From Nostoc sp. DedSLP01 (GTDB lineage Bacteria; Cyanobacteriota; Cyanobacteriia; Cyanobacteriales; Nostocaceae): 64,000 nt of DNA. The position numbers and the translations under genes were made by a program. Below are positions 50,327 through 59,798 of this stretch, piece by piece; positions within the stretch are counted from its first letter, which is position 1, and each line of letters opens with the position of its first letter. The notes beneath the pieces were generated by a model. It did not search any database. It worked only from the letters and a program-made list of their open reading frames with translations, and was not told the DNA's origin. The stretch spans positions 64,001 through 128,000 of the forward strand of contig JAVRCJ020000012.1 of NCBI GenBank assembly GCA_034530875.2, in the 5' to 3' direction.

Positions 50327-51100
50327 ATGAATCTAAAGTACCGTCAATTCCATATATTGGAGCGAGAACTAGAAGCTCTTCCACCGATGCATCGAGTGGC
50401 ATTTGCAGCAGGTTGTTGCGAGAGATTATATCCGAACTATGGCATTTTCTTGCGAGAAATAAAAGAACAAGGTTGGAATGAAAAAGATCCTATAAGAGAA
50501 GCACTTGACGAAATCTGGGAATTTTTGGCAGGTAAAAAAATCGATGCGGCTAGATTTCGTGAGTTATTGTCTAATTGTGAAGAATATCCCTACGAATATG
50601 AAAATGAAGAAACTCCTGAAGGACAGAGAGGCGCGTGGATTGTCTGTGAGACTATAGAACTTTGTCTCGAACAAATTCCGCAAGAAATTATTTTAGTAGC
50701 AAAAGAAATAGACGAAACTCTTTTTATGTATATAGATTATTTAAAATGCGAACCTGAAGACCAAAACTCGCAAGACATTCCACACGAACAACTATTACAA
50801 TTAGAATTTTGTTTAGATCCAAGCGTACAACAGACTATTTCAGTAGCAAAAGAAATACACGAAACTCTTTTCGAGTATATAGATTATTTATGCCAGTGTG
50901 AAGACGAATACTCAGAAGACATGTCCCACGAAGAACTAGTAGAAATAGTTTCCAACCATCCGTTTACAGTAAGAGAAATGGCAAAACAAAGCGAAGATTT
51001 GCAGCGCTTGCGAGAAACTCCCACCTTAACTGCTGAGTTTTTACAATGGCTGCGTACTTCTTCTGAAAATGGTGGTAAAAGTCTGCTAGATTTAAGTTGA
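50327..51100 (+). CDS. DUF416/YjaG-like protein with internal duplication
   Basis: HRVAFAAGCCERLYPNY, EALDEIW, EMAKQSEDLQRL. Confidence 0.7.
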   Translation: MNLKYRQFHILERELEALPPMHRVAFAAGCCERLYPNYGIFLREIKEQGWNEKDPIREALDEIWEFLAGKKIDAARFRELLSNCEEYPYEYENEETPEGQRGAWIVCETIELCLEQIPQEIILVAKEIDETLFMYIDYLKCEPEDQNSQDIPHEQLLQLEFCLDPSVQQTISVAKEIHETLFEYIDYLCQCEDEYSEDMSHEELVEIVSNHPFTVREMAKQSEDLQRLRETPTLTAEFLQWLRTSSENGGKSLLDLS

Positions 51101-51187
51101 AAAAACTCGTTCCAAGGGCTGCTGACCTTTGACTTCTGCTGTAGGATTGAACTGTGAGATTTTAATACTTGAAGAGAGACCGCGCCG

Positions 51188-51460
51188 ATGTCCTATCCTA
51201 CTCTCGACGACGAAGAAATTGCTCGACGTGGCAAAGAGGTTTACGAGACCCAAATCCGCGCCCAAGTGGAAACAGCAGAAAACATTGGAAAAATCATTTC
51301 AATTGATATTGAATCAGGTGATTACGAGATTAATGACGATCTGCTTACAACCTGTCGTCGTTTGCAGATGCGGCACAATAATCCAATTCTGTGGACAGAA
51401 AGGATTGGATTTAACGCGGTTTATGCAGTCGGGGGAACGTTGACAAGGACTGCATCGTGA
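51188..51460 (+). CDS. Small hypothetical protein coupled to the aspartic protease gene
   Basis: EEIARRGKEVYE...IISIDIESGDYEI; GTGA overlap with the next gene. Confidence 0.75.
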   Translation: MSYPTLDDEEIARRGKEVYETQIRAQVETAENIGKIISIDIESGDYEINDDLLTTCRRLQMRHNNPILWTERIGFNAVYAVGGTLTRTAS

Positions 51461-51825
51461 TAAATGGGTATGTCGTTGGGCTTCAAGCTAGAGTTAATAT
51501 TATTCTCCGCCTTCCGGGGCGACCGGATGTAGAAATAGAGTGTGTCGTCGATACAGGGTTTGAAGGGACTTTAACCTTGCCCCTTGATATTGTTGATGCT
51601 CTCGATTTACCGTATATCACTCGCATCAGAGCTAATCTCGCTGATGACTCCAATGTAATGACGCGAATTCATCTTGCAACAATAATTTGGCATGGAATCG
51701 AGCGTGAGGTTGTGGTGCTGGCGATGGGTCGTCGTCCACTACTTGGAACTGCACTAATCGAAGATTATCACCTCAGTGTAGATTTCTATGAAGGTGGTTC
51801 AGTTGCGATCGATGAGATTTTGTAA
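51457..51825 (+). CDS. Clan AA (retropepsin-like) aspartic protease
   Basis: VVDTGFEG, LADD, PLLGTAL. Confidence 0.85.
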   Translation: MINGYVVGLQARVNIILRLPGRPDVEIECVVDTGFEGTLTLPLDIVDALDLPYITRIRANLADDSNVMTRIHLATIIWHGIEREVVVLAMGRRPLLGTALIEDYHLSVDFYEGGSVAIDEIL

Positions 51826-51890
51826 ATTCAAGTACATCGATGGCGGCGTGGCATAACAACCTGGTTTACTAGATTTAATTTGAGAAAACA

Positions 51891-52604
51891 ATGGTGAAGG
51901 GTGCGGCTAAAGAACCTCAAGAAAACGCAGTATCAAATTTGGATGCTGTAAAAATTAAATGGTTTCGCCACCATCTCTCTATATGGGGAACGCAAAACTT
52001 ACGCGATTTTCCTTGGCGGCAGACTTGCGATTTTTACGCAATTCTTGTAGCAGAATATCTGCTGCAAAAAACAGATGCAGTTACGGTTGTTCCTATCTAT
52101 AATATATTTCTCTTGAAATATCCAACGCTTGAGCAACTAGTAAAAGCAAGCATTAATGAATTGAGCGAATTGCTTGAGCCTTTGGGTCTTTTCTTCCGCG
52201 CTGAAAGATTACAAAAGTCTGCTGGTATCATCTTAGAGCAGTATGGCGGAAAAATCCCCGATTCAGAAAAGCAGTTGCTTGAATTACCTGGAATTGGTAA
52301 ATATACAGCTCGTGCTATCTGTTCTCAAGCCTTCAATCAACCGCTAGCCGTACTCGATACTAATGTCGCTCGTATTCTCGAACGCTTCTTTGGCTTGCAA
52401 GGAGAAAGAGTGAAATCGCGCTGTAAAATTCTTTGGGGTGCGGCAGAAATAATTGCTCCCGATGAGGAAGTTGGTAGATGGAATCTAACGTTGCTAGACT
52501 TTGGAGCGATGGTTTGTAAGGCACAAAATCCTCTTTGTAATCATTGCCCTCTTTTAGAGAAGTGCCATTATGCCCAGACAAAAGCAAACGAAAATTACAA
52601 TTAA
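51891..52604 (+). CDS. HhH-GPD DNA glycosylase (short MutY/Mig-like) with 4Fe-4S cluster
   Basis: RDFPWR, EYLLQKT, LPGIGKYTA, LDTNVAR, CKAQNPLCNHCPLLEKC; lacks the MutY C-terminal domain. Confidence 0.85.
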   Translation: MVKGAAKEPQENAVSNLDAVKIKWFRHHLSIWGTQNLRDFPWRQTCDFYAILVAEYLLQKTDAVTVVPIYNIFLLKYPTLEQLVKASINELSELLEPLGLFFRAERLQKSAGIILEQYGGKIPDSEKQLLELPGIGKYTARAICSQAFNQPLAVLDTNVARILERFFGLQGERVKSRCKILWGAAEIIAPDEEVGRWNLTLLDFGAMVCKAQNPLCNHCPLLEKCHYAQTKANENYN

Positions 52605-52645
52605 CACATTATGTGGATTAGACGCTAAAACCCTTGATTTATCGT

Positions 52646-52676
52646 TGTAGAGACGTTGCAGTGCAACGTCTCTACA
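52646..52676. repeat. REP-like palindrome
   Basis: tgtagagacgttgcagtgcaacgtctctaca. Confidence 0.75.
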
Positions 52677-52834
52677 GGGCGCACTTGGGCAGGGAACAGC
52701 TTGTATGAAAAGTATTAAATTTTTGCTTACTAATTTTACACTAAAATAAGTTTTGTAAATTTTTAGATGATTTTGATTGTTTTCAAGTTGGCTCTGGGCA
52801 AATAACCATGTAAGCACATACATATTCAGGGAAT

Positions 52835-54073
52835 TTGCAGGCTGCAACCCAGAGTGAAATGAACAACAGAGCAAATCAAAGGCATGAAGAACATAATGCA
52901 ATAGAATATCTCTATACAAGATTCAATCAACTGTTGATTGCCCTTGCAGAGATGTTTCGATCGCACAGGTTTGATATTCGAGAGAAAATCTTGCGATTTT
53001 TGCAAACCCTTCAGCTGAACAGAGTTTTTTGCCTGACGTTCAAGCGCTCATCTGTGAAAACACAACCTGCTCCTCTACCTGAGAATGAAGCAGAAAGGCT
53101 CAAAGCATTGGCGGATTACAATATTCTGGACACCCTACCAGAACAAGGATTTGATGACCTGACTGCTCTAGCTGCCTACATTTGTAGGACTCCCATTGCT
53201 GCAATTAGTTTAATCGATCGCGATCGCCAATGGTTTAAATCCAAGGTGGGAGTAAAAGCTAGGGAGATACCTAGAGATTGGTCTATTTGCTCTCATACTA
53301 TTTTGCAACCACAGAAAATATTGGTAGTTAATAACGCCATTAAAGACGAGCGTTTTGCTAACAATCCCTTAGTTAAAAATAATCCTAAAATTCGTTTTTA
53401 TGCTGGTGCGTCGTTAGTTACGCCCGATGGTTTCGCCATAGGAACGTTGTGTGTAATTGATATTATTCCTCGTCATCTGAGTTACCAACAGTTAGATGCA
53501 CTGCACCGCCTCAGCCGTCAGGCTATTGCCCAAATAGAACTCATCCAGCAAATTCGCAACCGCAAACAAGCAGAATTTGAAGGAAGGCAATTATCACTAA
53601 TAGATGAATTAACAGGTTTGCATAATCGGCGTGGTTTTTTCTTACTGGCCGAACAACAATTGAGAATTGCTCGGCGGATGAAACTGTTGTGCTGGGTAGT
53701 GTTTATTGATTTAGACGGATTAAAACAAATTAATGACACTCTCGGTCACGATACGGGAGATGCCTTAATTATTGATGCTGGTCAATTGCTCAAACAAAGT
53801 TTTCGTAAATCAGATATTATTGCTCGTTTGGGCGGAGATGAATTCATTGTTTTCATCACTAGCTACTTCAAAAATGCAGATGCGATACAAGCACATTTGC
53901 AAGCAAATATTGCCAACTTCAATCAACAACAAAACCGTAGCTATCAACTTTCTATGAGTATAGGAATAGAGTGTTACTTGCCAGGAAGCAATATGTCGTT
54001 AGAGGAATTAGTTACCAGGTCTGACGAGTTGATGTACGCTCAAAAACGCCTCAAAAGGCAATCTATTCTGTGA
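52835..54073 (+). CDS. GAF-GGDEF diguanylate cyclase (start uncertain, may lie further downstream)
   Basis: [11 protein letters not shown]...RQWFKS...IRFYAG GAF; RKSD I-site then RLGGDEF. Confidence 0.9.
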   Translation: MQAATQSEMNNRANQRHEEHNAIEYLYTRFNQLLIALAEMFRSHRFDIREKILRFLQTLQLNRVFCLTFKRSSVKTQPAPLPENEAERLKALADYNILDTLPEQGFDDLTALAAYICRTPIAAISLIDRDRQWFKSKVGVKAREIPRDWSICSHTILQPQKILVVNNAIKDERFANNPLVKNNPKIRFYAGASLVTPDGFAIGTLCVIDIIPRHLSYQQLDALHRLSRQAIAQIELIQQIRNRKQAEFEGRQLSLIDELTGLHNRRGFFLLAEQQLRIARRMKLLCWVVFIDLDGLKQINDTLGHDTGDALIIDAGQLLKQSFRKSDIIARLGGDEFIVFITSYFKNADAIQAHLQANIANFNQQQNRSYQLSMSIGIECYLPGSNMSLEELVTRSDELMYAQKRLKRQSIL

Positions 54074-54205
54074 TATGGGAATCGGGTTTGATTTGGAGAA
54101 TTTATTTGTGTAGGTAGGGAGTAGGGAATGGGGAGTAGGGAGTGGTAAAGAAGCCTTGTTTGGGTATACTGATGTTTTTTCACCAAATCAAATATCAGTC
54201 CCATA
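54074..54205 (+). mobile_element. TA-ended MITE family with STRR core, copy 3
   Basis: tatgggaatcgggtttgatttggagaa...caaatcaaatatcagtcccata. Confidence 0.8.
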
Positions 54206-54245
54206 TCATATCCGGCTAATTACTTGTGATTAAAATCTCTTTGCG

Positions 54246-55736
54246 TCACCGCGTCTCACCCTCCCCGCGTCTTCCCATCCCTCCCGCCATCAATAAACCA
54301 ATCTCCTCCACCGTTGCGGTTTGTGCATCTAAAACAGCGACAAACTCACCTCTGTAGATTACGGCAATACGATCGCTCATTGCCATTACTTCTTCTAACT
54401 CAGTAGAAATATACAAAATTGCTGCGCCGCGATCGCACTCTTGTAATAATCGAGAATGTACTGCTTGTGTTGCTCCCACATCTAAGCCGCGTGTTGGTTG
54501 CATGGCGATAATTAAATCTGGTTTCTCGGCAAGTTCCCGCGCCAAAACTATTTTTTGTTGGTTTCCTCCGGAGAGGCGAGTTACTTCCACATCCTCAGTT
54601 ATGGCGCGAATATCAAATTCTTGTATGGTAGATTTGGCATAATTGGCGATCGCTTTTTTTTGCAATAAAAAATAACGGCAAAATGGCAGCTGGCGAAAGC
54701 TTTTCAAAATTAAATTTTCAGCAATACTAAATTGCAATACTAAGCCTGTTTTGTGCCTATCTTCTGGTATGTATGCAATCTTCGCTTGTCGTGGAAAAAA
54801 CTCTATTTTTCCGCGTTTTTTGCTGCGTAATAGAGCAATTGCATCTGCTAATTCGCGCTGTCCGTTTCCATCTACACCAGCAATTCCTAAAATTTCTCCT
54901 GCTCTGAGTTGAAATGATATATCGCGTACAGTATTTAAACCTCGTTCATCTACAACGTGTAAATTCTGTACCGACAATATTATTTTACCTGGTGAAACTG
55001 GAGATTTATTAAGTTGTAAAGTTACTTCGCGCCCTACCATTAATTCTGCTAACTCTTCAGGCGTTGCTGCTTGAGTTGTTGTAGTTGCTACTACTTTTCC
55101 TTGACGCAATACTGTTACTGTATCGCAGAGATTCATCACCTCTTCTAACTTATGGCTAATAAAAATAATTGTCTTACCAGCAGATGCAAGTTGACGCAAG
55201 ATATTCATTAATGAAGCAACTTCCGGCGGCGTTAAAACTGCTGTTGGTTCGTCGAGAATCAATAATTTTGCTTGCCGATAAAGCACTTTGAGAATTTCTA
55301 CGCGCTGTTGCACTCCTACTGATAAATTTTCCACCTTTGCAGCAGGGTCAATTGCTAATCCGTAAGCTTCAGATAAGGTAGCAATTTCTTGTTGTTTTTG
55401 AAGTAGATTTAAACGCCAGTTGTTATTTGTCCCTAAGATAATATTTTCTGTAACAGTCAACTGTGGTATCAACATAAAGTGTTGATAAATCATGCCAATG
55501 CCCAGTTTAATAGCTTCATTAGGTGAAGTAATTTTTACTGGTTGTCCGTTAAGATAAATTTCACCACTATCCGGTTGATAAAGACCACTAATAATATTCA
55601 TCAAAGTAGTCTTACCTGCTCCATTTTCGCCTAAAATTGCATGGATTGTCCCGGCTTCAATGCTCAGAGTAATGTTATCGTTAGCAATAAATGAACCAAA
55701 TGATTTAGAGATTGTTTCTAAGCGTAAATATGACAT
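54246..55736 (-). CDS. ABC transporter ATPase, two NBDs (nucleoside/sugar type)
   Basis: GENGAGKTT, LILDEPT, LSGGNQQK, QPTRGLD. Confidence 0.92.
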   Translation of the reverse strand: MSYLRLETISKSFGSFIANDNITLSIEAGTIHAILGENGAGKTTLMNIISGLYQPDSGEIYLNGQPVKITSPNEAIKLGIGMIYQHFMLIPQLTVTENIILGTNNNWRLNLLQKQQEIATLSEAYGLAIDPAAKVENLSVGVQQRVEILKVLYRQAKLLILDEPTAVLTPPEVASLMNILRQLASAGKTIIFISHKLEEVMNLCDTVTVLRQGKVVATTTTQAATPEELAELMVGREVTLQLNKSPVSPGKIILSVQNLHVVDERGLNTVRDISFQLRAGEILGIAGVDGNGQRELADAIALLRSKKRGKIEFFPRQAKIAYIPEDRHKTGLVLQFSIAENLILKSFRQLPFCRYFLLQKKAIANYAKSTIQEFDIRAITEDVEVTRLSGGNQQKIVLARELAEKPDLIIAMQPTRGLDVGATQAVHSRLLQECDRGAAILYISTELEEVMAMSDRIAVIYRGEFVAVLDAQTATVEEIGLLMAGGMGRRGEGETR

Positions 55737-55748
55737 GTAATTAGATAT

Positions 55749-56459
55749 TTAACGTAGCATTGCAACCATTTGCGATCGTGCAGAAACATTAAGCTTTAGG
55801 AACATCCGTTTTAGAGCTTGCTTGACACCGTTATTACTGATACCAAGTTTCAAAGCAATTTCGTTATTATTTAATCCTCTAGCAACTAAATCTGCAATTT
55901 GTAATTCACGTTTTGTTAGGCAAGTACGAACAGAAGCGCTAGTTTGAGAAGATTGCGATCGCAATGTTGCCAAACATACACAAAGGTGAGTATTTAAAGC
56001 AGTAATACTCCTTAAATCTTCTTCTGCAAAACCTGGCATTCCTTTTGTTCGTAAAAAGTGAATTTTGCCAATAATTTCACCTTGACCGAGCAAGGGAGCA
56101 ATCATACCATGCTCGAAATCATAGCGCGACCACAAATGTTGATAAACTTTGGTTTGCTTCCAACTAGCAACAGAATTAACTAATAGATTGTGTACGGGAA
56201 TATGCTGCTCAACCATACAAGACATCATGGGGTCAGCTTGCCAACCAATTTCGCTATATTGGTCGATGAATCGTTCTGGTAATCCTTTGAGATCCAGTGC
56301 AGTCAGTTGATGATTGTTATCGAAAAAAGCAATACCCCAAGAGTTTGCATGAAATAATCTGCCAGCTTCTTCCATGAAATGCGATCGCAACTCTGACTCG
56401 TTCTTCGCAAGTGACAGCAAATGAAAAAAGTTTGCAAAGGCTTGATGCTTGAGATTCAT
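55749..56459 (-). CDS. LuxR-family regulator with N-terminal GAF-like domain
   Basis: LTKRELQIADLVARGLNNNEIA...VKQALKRMFLKLNVSAR. Confidence 0.88.
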   Translation of the reverse strand: MNLKHQAFANFFHLLSLAKNESELRSHFMEEAGRLFHANSWGIAFFDNNHQLTALDLKGLPERFIDQYSEIGWQADPMMSCMVEQHIPVHNLLVNSVASWKQTKVYQHLWSRYDFEHGMIAPLLGQGEIIGKIHFLRTKGMPGFAEEDLRSITALNTHLCVCLATLRSQSSQTSASVRTCLTKRELQIADLVARGLNNNEIALKLGISNNGVKQALKRMFLKLNVSARSQMVAMLR

Positions 56460-56552
56460 AACCCTGTACTCAACTGGGTACTAGTCATTTTAAAGCATTA
56501 TCCATAACATACATCTGTATCAGTCCATTGTGCGGATTTTACAAATAGTTTA

Positions 56553-57026
56553 ATGGGAGCTATCGACATGACTACCAGCCAGACCATTGAGAAATTTATA
56601 GAATTGCTGTGGAATCAACGTCAGCTAAATTTAGCAGATGAGTTATTCTCAGATGATTTCATTGCTCGTCCATTTGCACACCAGCCGATTTGGAATGGTA
56701 CTGGCCCAGAAAGCATGAAGCATCATATCCAAGAATGGTTGGAAGGAGTACCAGATTTACACATGAAAGCACTAAATATTTTAGTGCAAGGAAATCAAAG
56801 CTTTGTCAGGTGGGAGATGACAGGCACTCATAAAGGTGTTCTCTACGGGATTCCGTCTACTGGCAAAACAATTAAAGCGTTAGGAATTACTTTTTTTGAG
56901 GTTAAGGATGGCAAAATTCGAGAACTACAAACCCTATTTGATGCCTTAGGTTTAATGCAACAATTGGATATCGTTCCAAATGTGGGAATATTAATCCAAA
57001 ATTATCTCAAGCAACTTGAATCTTAA
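56553..57026 (+). CDS. SnoaL-like ester cyclase (NTF2 fold)
   Basis: PDL, RWEMTGTHKG, GIPSTGK, DGKI, D..GLMQQL. Confidence 0.85.
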   Translation: MGAIDMTTSQTIEKFIELLWNQRQLNLADELFSDDFIARPFAHQPIWNGTGPESMKHHIQEWLEGVPDLHMKALNILVQGNQSFVRWEMTGTHKGVLYGIPSTGKTIKALGITFFEVKDGKIRELQTLFDALGLMQQLDIVPNVGILIQNYLKQLES

Positions 57027-58078
57027 GTATTTTCATTTTTCACACAACGCGTATCTTTACCACCCTCTTTGCAGTTTTCAAAGGTAATTTTTTTATCGAC
57101 AATTTGCTGTTTTGCATTCAAAGCCTTTTGTTTAACTGCTTCTGGAACTGCTGCTCCAAATTTTCCTAAATTTAATATATCTGGTCTTTCGAGACCAATT
57201 GTATATATTTGTCCTTTAATTTGTTTTTGTTTTGCCAATTCTGCTAGATACGCTATTGCTATATCTAGACGCTTGACGGCGCTAGTTAAAACTGCTTTTG
57301 GGGCAACATCTAACTGGTCTTTAGTATTACCAAAAGCATAGACTCCTTTATCGCTGGCAGTTTGTAATACTGCGGCTGAGGCGTTATCTAACCATTGATA
57401 GATGACATCTGCTCCGGTTGAAATTATAGCCAGGGTTGCTTCCTTTCCTTTAGCAACATCATTCCAGTCTCCCGTAAAAGTGGAAGAAATCTGAATATTT
57501 GGCTTGACAGATTTTGCTCCTAATTCAAATCCCCGTAATTCTTGTTGAGTGGCTTCAAATTCCTGTCCGGCAATATAAGCTAACTTGTTGGATTTAGTTA
57601 AAGAAGCGCCGATAATGCCACACAAATAACTACCTTGTAGGTGGTCTATTCGCAAAGCAGCAATGTTATTACCCTTGATAGAACCGTTAACAGCAACAAA
57701 GAATGTATTGGGAAACTGCGAAGCAACTTGTTCTACCGCTGCATCAAATTGTCCGCCGTGGGCAAATACTATACTGTAGCCTTTACGAGCAAAATCTGTT
57801 AGAGTTTCTGCCTGGTCTGCTTGTGCTACTTGTTCTGCATAAGCAACTTCTGCACCCAGCTTTTGTTTTGCCAAGTTTACACCTTCGTAACCAGATTGAT
57901 TCCAGGCTTTATCGGTGATGACTCCAGGCAGAGCGATCGCTATTTTAAATTTTTCTCCACCACCTGCATTACTTTGTGTAGTAGTTTGGTTATTGCTACT
58001 GCAAGCTTTTATCGTTAGGCTGCTAGCAAATATACCTGAAGCATAGATAAATTCACGCCGACCAAAGTTTACCGCCAT
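57023..58078 (-). CDS. BMP-family ABC substrate-binding lipoprotein
   Basis: RREF Tat-like signal and lipobox KAC; DKAWNQSGYEG; GDWND; GADVIY. Confidence 0.9.
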   Translation of the reverse strand: MAVNFGRREFIYASGIFASSLTIKACSSNNQTTTQSNAGGGEKFKIAIALPGVITDKAWNQSGYEGVNLAKQKLGAEVAYAEQVAQADQAETLTDFARKGYSIVFAHGGQFDAAVEQVASQFPNTFFVAVNGSIKGNNIAALRIDHLQGSYLCGIIGASLTKSNKLAYIAGQEFEATQQELRGFELGAKSVKPNIQISSTFTGDWNDVAKGKEATLAIISTGADVIYQWLDNASAAVLQTASDKGVYAFGNTKDQLDVAPKAVLTSAVKRLDIAIAYLAELAKQKQIKGQIYTIGLERPDILNLGKFGAAVPEAVKQKALNAKQQIVDKKITFENCKEGGKDTRCVKNENT

Positions 58079-58198
58079 AAACTATTCCTCAAGTTAATAC
58101 TTTTTTAGTAACAACATATATACATTAAAACTTGCAGAACATTTAGTATTCTAAAATGATGAATATCTTTTTTGAGAAAAGTTTTGAGGGAATGCTTT

Positions 58199-58405
58199 AT
58201 GACTATTTGGGTAAATGAGCAAATCGATCCATCTGGCATGATTCATGCTTGTATTGCTTGTTGTAACGAATCTCAAGCCAAAGATTGTCATCATTCATTT
58301 GACAATAATTTGACCCAGAGGCAAAAAGCCGATGGTTGGGTAGCGCGATTACGCACAGTCAATTCTTGGGATGAAGTTCCAGTCAATTCTTTAAAACTCA
58401 ATTAA
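58199..58405 (+). CDS. Small conserved cyanobacterial protein
   Basis: MTIWVNEQIDPSG...ACIACC...WDEVPVNSLKL; GAGG SD before ATG 58199. Confidence 0.7.
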   Translation: MTIWVNEQIDPSGMIHACIACCNESQAKDCHHSFDNNLTQRQKADGWVARLRTVNSWDEVPVNSLKLN

Positions 58406-58738
58406 GTAAGATTCACCAATTCAGGAGTCAGAATTCGTAAGTAAAACAGGCTTCATGTCTGGTTGACGAACCTAGCTTATCTACTTCACCCTTCTTGAAA
58501 GCTGCTGTAAGTAGCTGCCTTTAAAAGTAGCCAAACAGCTTAAGCATATCCTGGAAGGCTAGATTAATTTTATTTTTTCTGCCGACCTTTCGGCTCAACT
58601 TCAACGCGGTTTGCCTTACCAGATGCTTGTTGAAAAACTTCTAAATAAAAAACATCGAATCACTGCAAAACAAAGAGACAAGGAAGAATTTACTTCTTTG
58701 TCTCTTTTTAAAACTTACAGACTGAAGCCTGAAAGCTA

Positions 58739-58869
58739 TATAGGACTCACATTTGATTGCGTGAAAAAAAACAGTACATCCAGACAAGGCTGCTATCCTA
58801 CTCCCTACTCCCCATCCCCTACTCCCTGTCTACACAAATAAATTCTCCAAATTAAACCGGATTCCTATA
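58739..58869 (-). mobile_element. TA-ended MITE family with STRR core, copy 4
   Basis: tataggactc ... gattcctata. Confidence 0.8.
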
Positions 58870-59123
58870 TCCCCCTTAAAAAGGCTATGGTGTACGCACA
58901 TCTTTTAATGAATTGTCTGTGGCATTTTTAGAACAAAGGTAGCAAATCCTATTTAAAGAGGTTAATAAAGGATAAAAATCAGATTAAAATAATCAAATTA
59001 TTCACAACTACTGACAACAAAACTAATTTATTATAGAAATCTGATGATTTTTTGGCTCTATTAAGAGCTATCATCTATACCGTAGATTAAATTAAAAAAC
59101 TTGCTTTCAACCGAATCAGTTTA

Positions 59124-59681
59124 GTGAACTATCCCAGAGTTTACATTTCGGAGCAAGGCTATCCCATTAATTTAGTTGGCGAAACGGGACAAGCGGTTCA
59201 AATCTCAATTCATCCCCCCAGTCAATATATCTGTGCCAACTGCGAACGGATATTACCAGATTGGAAACGGCAGCCATTTTTACGAGTAGCAATCGTTTTA
59301 CAACAATCGCGTTATCAATTAGTGGAAAAGACTGCCCAAATAGAGGCAGAGAAAGAACGCTTGCGGGAAAAGTTTATGAGATTTGGCTTTGATTTGGCAT
59401 TTAATCTGCGCGATCGCGGCTATCTCACAGACTTAATCGATCCTCGCACAGGCTATCCTTTATTATCCCATCCCGGTGCAATTCCCCACGACGACACAGC
59501 AGTTGTTCAAGCTTTACTTAACTATCCAGTAATTAAAAATCAATGCCGCCTGTTAATCCATCCCCAATGGGGTGCAGCAGTTTATCCTGGCATTTTGATA
59601 TCAGAAGCTCCGCCAATTGTAATTGAATGCGTTATTAAAGCGATAGCTGTCATGCATGGTTGGAAGGAAGTTGATTATTAG
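59124..59681 (+). CDS. MMADHC/CblD-like protein
   Basis: EKERLREKF...GYLTDLIDPRTGYP...CRLLIHPQWG. Confidence 0.75.
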   Translation: MNYPRVYISEQGYPINLVGETGQAVQISIHPPSQYICANCERILPDWKRQPFLRVAIVLQQSRYQLVEKTAQIEAEKERLREKFMRFGFDLAFNLRDRGYLTDLIDPRTGYPLLSHPGAIPHDDTAVVQALLNYPVIKNQCRLLIHPQWGAAVYPGILISEAPPIVIECVIKAIAVMHGWKEVDY

Positions 59682-59732
59682 TCATTGGTCATTAGTCATT
59701 AGTCATTAGTCATTAGTTATTGGTCATTGGTC
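59679..59732. repeat. STRR-type heptamer tandem repeat (GTCATTR)
   Basis: tagtcattggtcattagtcattagtcattagtcattagttattggtcattggtc. Confidence 0.85.
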
Positions 59733-59798
59733 GGGCGATACTTCTTCATTCAGATATATTGGAAATGAGAAGAATAAAAAACAAGCATTATAGAATCT

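Noticed and set aside
51129..51443. 104-aa ORF
   Set aside because: Alternative frame over the better-supported 51188-51460 gene
58611..58841. 76-aa ORF
   Set aside because: C-terminal half is MITE sequence
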